Below are positions 61,852-64,000 of a stretch of 64,000 nucleotides of DNA, one piece after another; the stretch's first letter is position 1; the number at the start of each line of letters is the position of its first letter. This stretch comes from Pseudomonadota bacterium (lineage in GTDB: Bacteria > Chloroflexota > UBA5177 > JAJPKF01): NCBI GenBank assembly GCA_021323865.1, contig JAJPKF010000025.1:128355-192354 (forward strand), written 5' to 3'. Under the pieces are notes generated by a model, which was given only the letters and a program-made list of their open reading frames with translations, had not been told where the DNA came from and did no database searches. The translations under genes were made by a program, and so were the position numbers.

Positions 61852-64000
61852 ATGAGCCAGGGCATGGACGAAACCGGGACCTCTGAGGTCCTCACCTTTC
61901 TCATCGCGGATCTGCGCGGCTACACCGCGTTCACCCAGCAACATGGGGACGAGCGGGCGGCGGCGCTGACCGAGGCCTTCGCGCGCATCGCCACGGAGGC
62001 CGTCGAGGCCCAGTCGGGCCGGCTGAAGGAGCTGCGCGGCGACGAGGCCATGGCCACCTTCACCTCCGCCCGCAAAGCCCTCCGGGCCGCCGTCGACCTG
62101 CAGGAACGGCTGGCGGCCGCGGCCGGCGAGGATCTGCCCCTGCGTGCCGGCATCGGCCTGGATGTTGGCGAGGCCATACCCGTTCGGGGCGGCTACCGGA
62201 CCGGCGCCCTGAACCTGGCGGCCCGGCTCTGCAGCCTTGCCGGGCCGGGTGAGGTCCTGAGCAGCCAGGGAGTCGTCCATCTCGCCCGCCGGGTGGACGG
62301 CATCGAGTACCACGACCACGGCAGCGCGCCGCTGAAGGGGTTCGACAATCCCGTTCCCGTGATTCGGGTGACGCGCGCCGGCGCCGAGCCTGAGGCGCCC
62401 GCCTCCGGAGAGGAAGCCTCCGGACCGGCCCCTGAACGCCTGCCCATCGGCGGCTTCCTGGGCGCCCTGCCCGCCGCTGGCCTGGTCGCCCGCACCGCCG
62501 AGCTGCAGGAGATGACCGCCGCGCTCGTAGAGGCCGCCGCGGGCGCCGGCCGGCTGGTCTTCCTATCCGGCGAGGCCGGCGTGGGCAAGACCCGGCTGGC
62601 CCAGGAGGTGACGCTGGAGGCCCGCAACCGCGGCTTCCTGGTGGCCACCGGCCGCTCCTACGAGGCCCGCGAGACGGTCGCCTACTATCCCTTCCTGGAG
62701 GCCCTGAGCCGCCTGTACGTGGCCGCGCCGGCCGCCGTCCGCCAGACCATCCCCACGCGCTGGCCCTATCTGGCCCGTCTGCTGCCCGAAACCAGCCTGC
62801 CCGTTCCCGCGCGCTCCGACCAGCCCGAGGAGGACCAGGAGCGGCTCTTCTGGGCCGTCCATGGCTTCCTCCAGACCATTGCGGCCGAAACGCCGCTGGC
62901 CCTCTTCCTCGACGACCTCCACTGGGCCGACGGCTCCACGCTGCTGCTGCTCTCCCATCTGGCCCGGCAGATGCGCACGGCCCGTCTCTTCCTGCTGGCC
63001 ACCTATCGCGACACCGATCTGCCCCGCCGGCACCTGCTGGCCTCCCTGGTCAACGATCTGGCTCGGGAACGGGTCGCCACGCGCATTGCCCTCCGGGGCC
63101 TCTCCGGGGACGAGACCGGCCGGCTGGTGGCGGCCAGCATCGGCGAGCCCGAGGTGTCGAGCGAGCTGGCCGATCTCCTGCACCGCCGCACCGAGGGCAA
63201 CCCCTTCTTCATCGAGGAGGTGGTGCGCGCCCTCGTGGAGCACGGCGACGTCTACCGCACCGAGGGCGGCTGGGAGCGGCGGGATCTGGACCAGATCGAG
63301 ATCCCCGAGACCATCCGTGCCGTGATCGAGCGCCGCGTGGCGCGTCTCGGAGAGGCCACGCAGGAGGTCCTGAGCGTGGCCGGCGTGCTGGGTCAGGAGT
63401 TCCGGTTTGAGGCCCTGGTGAGCATGCTCGACCCCGCACTGGACGCGGAGACGGCCATCGACGAGGCGTGTCAGGCGGACCTGATCCGGGAGTCGGGCGT
63501 GGACGTCTACGCCTTCAACCACGCGCTCACCCAGGCGGCCCTCTATGCCGGCCTGCCCGCGCGGCGCCAGCGCCGGCTGCATCTTGCCGCGGGCGAGACC
63601 CTCATTGCCCTCGCGGGCGAGGGTCGGTCGCAGGCCGCCGCCGAGATCGCCTGGCACTTCCTCCAGGGCGGCGACACAGCTCGCGCGCTGGAGTACTCAC
63701 TCCTGGCCGGCGACGCCTCTCTGGAGATGCTGGCCTACGGCGAGGCCGACCGCCACTTCGAGACGGCTGCGCGGCTGGCCCGGGAGGCCGGCGGGGCGGC
63801 GGAACGCTCGCGTGCGTTGGAGGGCCGCGCCCAGGCGCTGCACATGCTCTCCCGCTACGAGGAGGCCATCAGGCTCTGGCGTGAGGTGCTGGCGCTGCCC
63901 GGGGGCGATCGGGAGACGCGCCTGCGGGCGACCGCGTCCCTGGCCCGCGACCTCCGGCTCCAGGGCGACGCCCAGGCGGGCATCGACGCCGTCCGTCCGG
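61852..64000 (+). CDS. adenylate/guanylate cyclase domain + AAA (P-loop) + TPR-like regulator, 3' end outside window
   Basis: FLIADLRGYT...GDEAMATF...GLDVGEA cyclase motifs; Walker A LSGEAGVGKT; frame open to window end (not in ORF track because no stop). Confidence 0.85.
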   Translation, partial: MSQGMDETGTSEVLTFLIADLRGYTAFTQQHGDERAAALTEAFARIATEAVEAQSGRLKELRGDEAMATFTSARKALRAAVDLQERLAAAAGEDLPLRAGIGLDVGEAIPVRGGYRTGALNLAARLCSLAGPGEVLSSQGVVHLARRVDGIEYHDHGSAPLKGFDNPVPVIRVTRAGAEPEAPASGEEASGPAPERLPIGGFLGALPAAGLVARTAELQEMTAALVEAAAGAGRLVFLSGEAGVGKTRLAQEVTLEARNRGFLVATGRSYEARETVAYYPFLEALSRLYVAAPAAVRQTIPTRWPYLARLLPETSLPVPARSDQPEEDQERLFWAVHGFLQTIAAETPLALFLDDLHWADGSTLLLLSHLARQMRTARLFLLATYRDTDLPRRHLLASLVNDLARERVATRIALRGLSGDETGRLVAASIGEPEVSSELADLLHRRTEGNPFFIEEVVRALVEHGDVYRTEGGWERRDLDQIEIPETIRAVIERRVARLGEATQEVLSVAGVLGQEFRFEALVSMLDPALDAETAIDEACQADLIRESGVDVYAFNHALTQAALYAGLPARRQRRLHLAAGETLIALAGEGRSQAAAEIAWHFLQGGDTARALEYSLLAGDASLEMLAYGEADRHFETAARLAREAGGAAERSRALEGRAQALHMLSRYEEAIRLWREVLALPGGDRETRLRATASLARDLRLQGDAQAGIDAVRP

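Noticed and set aside
1-64000. CRISPR arrays, rRNA, IS elements/transposases, integrases, reverse transcriptase/DGR
   Set aside because: No regularly spaced short repeats, no rRNA-like conserved blocks, and no ORF with DDE, tyrosine- or serine-recombinase or RT motifs was recognised by eye. This is a negative result without search tools.

Overview
64-kb high-GC bacterial chromosomal segment. Hand counts of sample 60-nt lines give about 68% GC, with two islands near 55%. Gene content (T-box leader on proS, VKOR+DUF929, Holin-X/DUF3618, DUF1697, L,D-transpeptidase, cyclase/AAA regulator) suggests a Terrabacteria lineage (Actinomycetota/Chloroflexota-like); nothing finer can be called from sequence alone. 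1-18.9 kb is ordinary: stress and membrane proteins, OsmC, VOC, a methyltransferase, a GT2 plus double-GT9 glycosyltransferase pair, a PucR regulator, an M3 oligoendopeptidase, MarC, a gamma-carbonic-anhydrase-like protein, a Cys-rich ORF behind a LexA-type box, proS behind a proline (CCG) T-box leader, an L,D-transpeptidase and hemC. 18.9-59.6 kb is the unusual part. Intact phage-derived genes lie in phage order on the minus strand: a terminase large subunit, a fused protease-scaffold-major-capsid ORF, a 9-ORF fibre/holin/peptidase operon, and two further large structural-like ORFs. These blocks are split apart by cellular genes (recJ, fluoride riboswitch-crcB-DUF190, vapBC, NUDIX, VOC, cation transporter), by two paralogous ~1000-aa secreted Cys-pair repeat proteins, by a lower-GC MazG-like/HNH/RadC islet, and by a lower-GC block of secreted propeller/repeat proteins. 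I recognised no portal, tail tube, tape measure, integrase, transposase, rRNA, canonical tRNA or CRISPR array. 59.6-64 kb holds VKOR-DUF929, a NUDIX gene and the 5' part of an adenylate-cyclase/AAA/TPR-type regulator that runs off the window. All family names come from motif recognition by eye, not from database searches.
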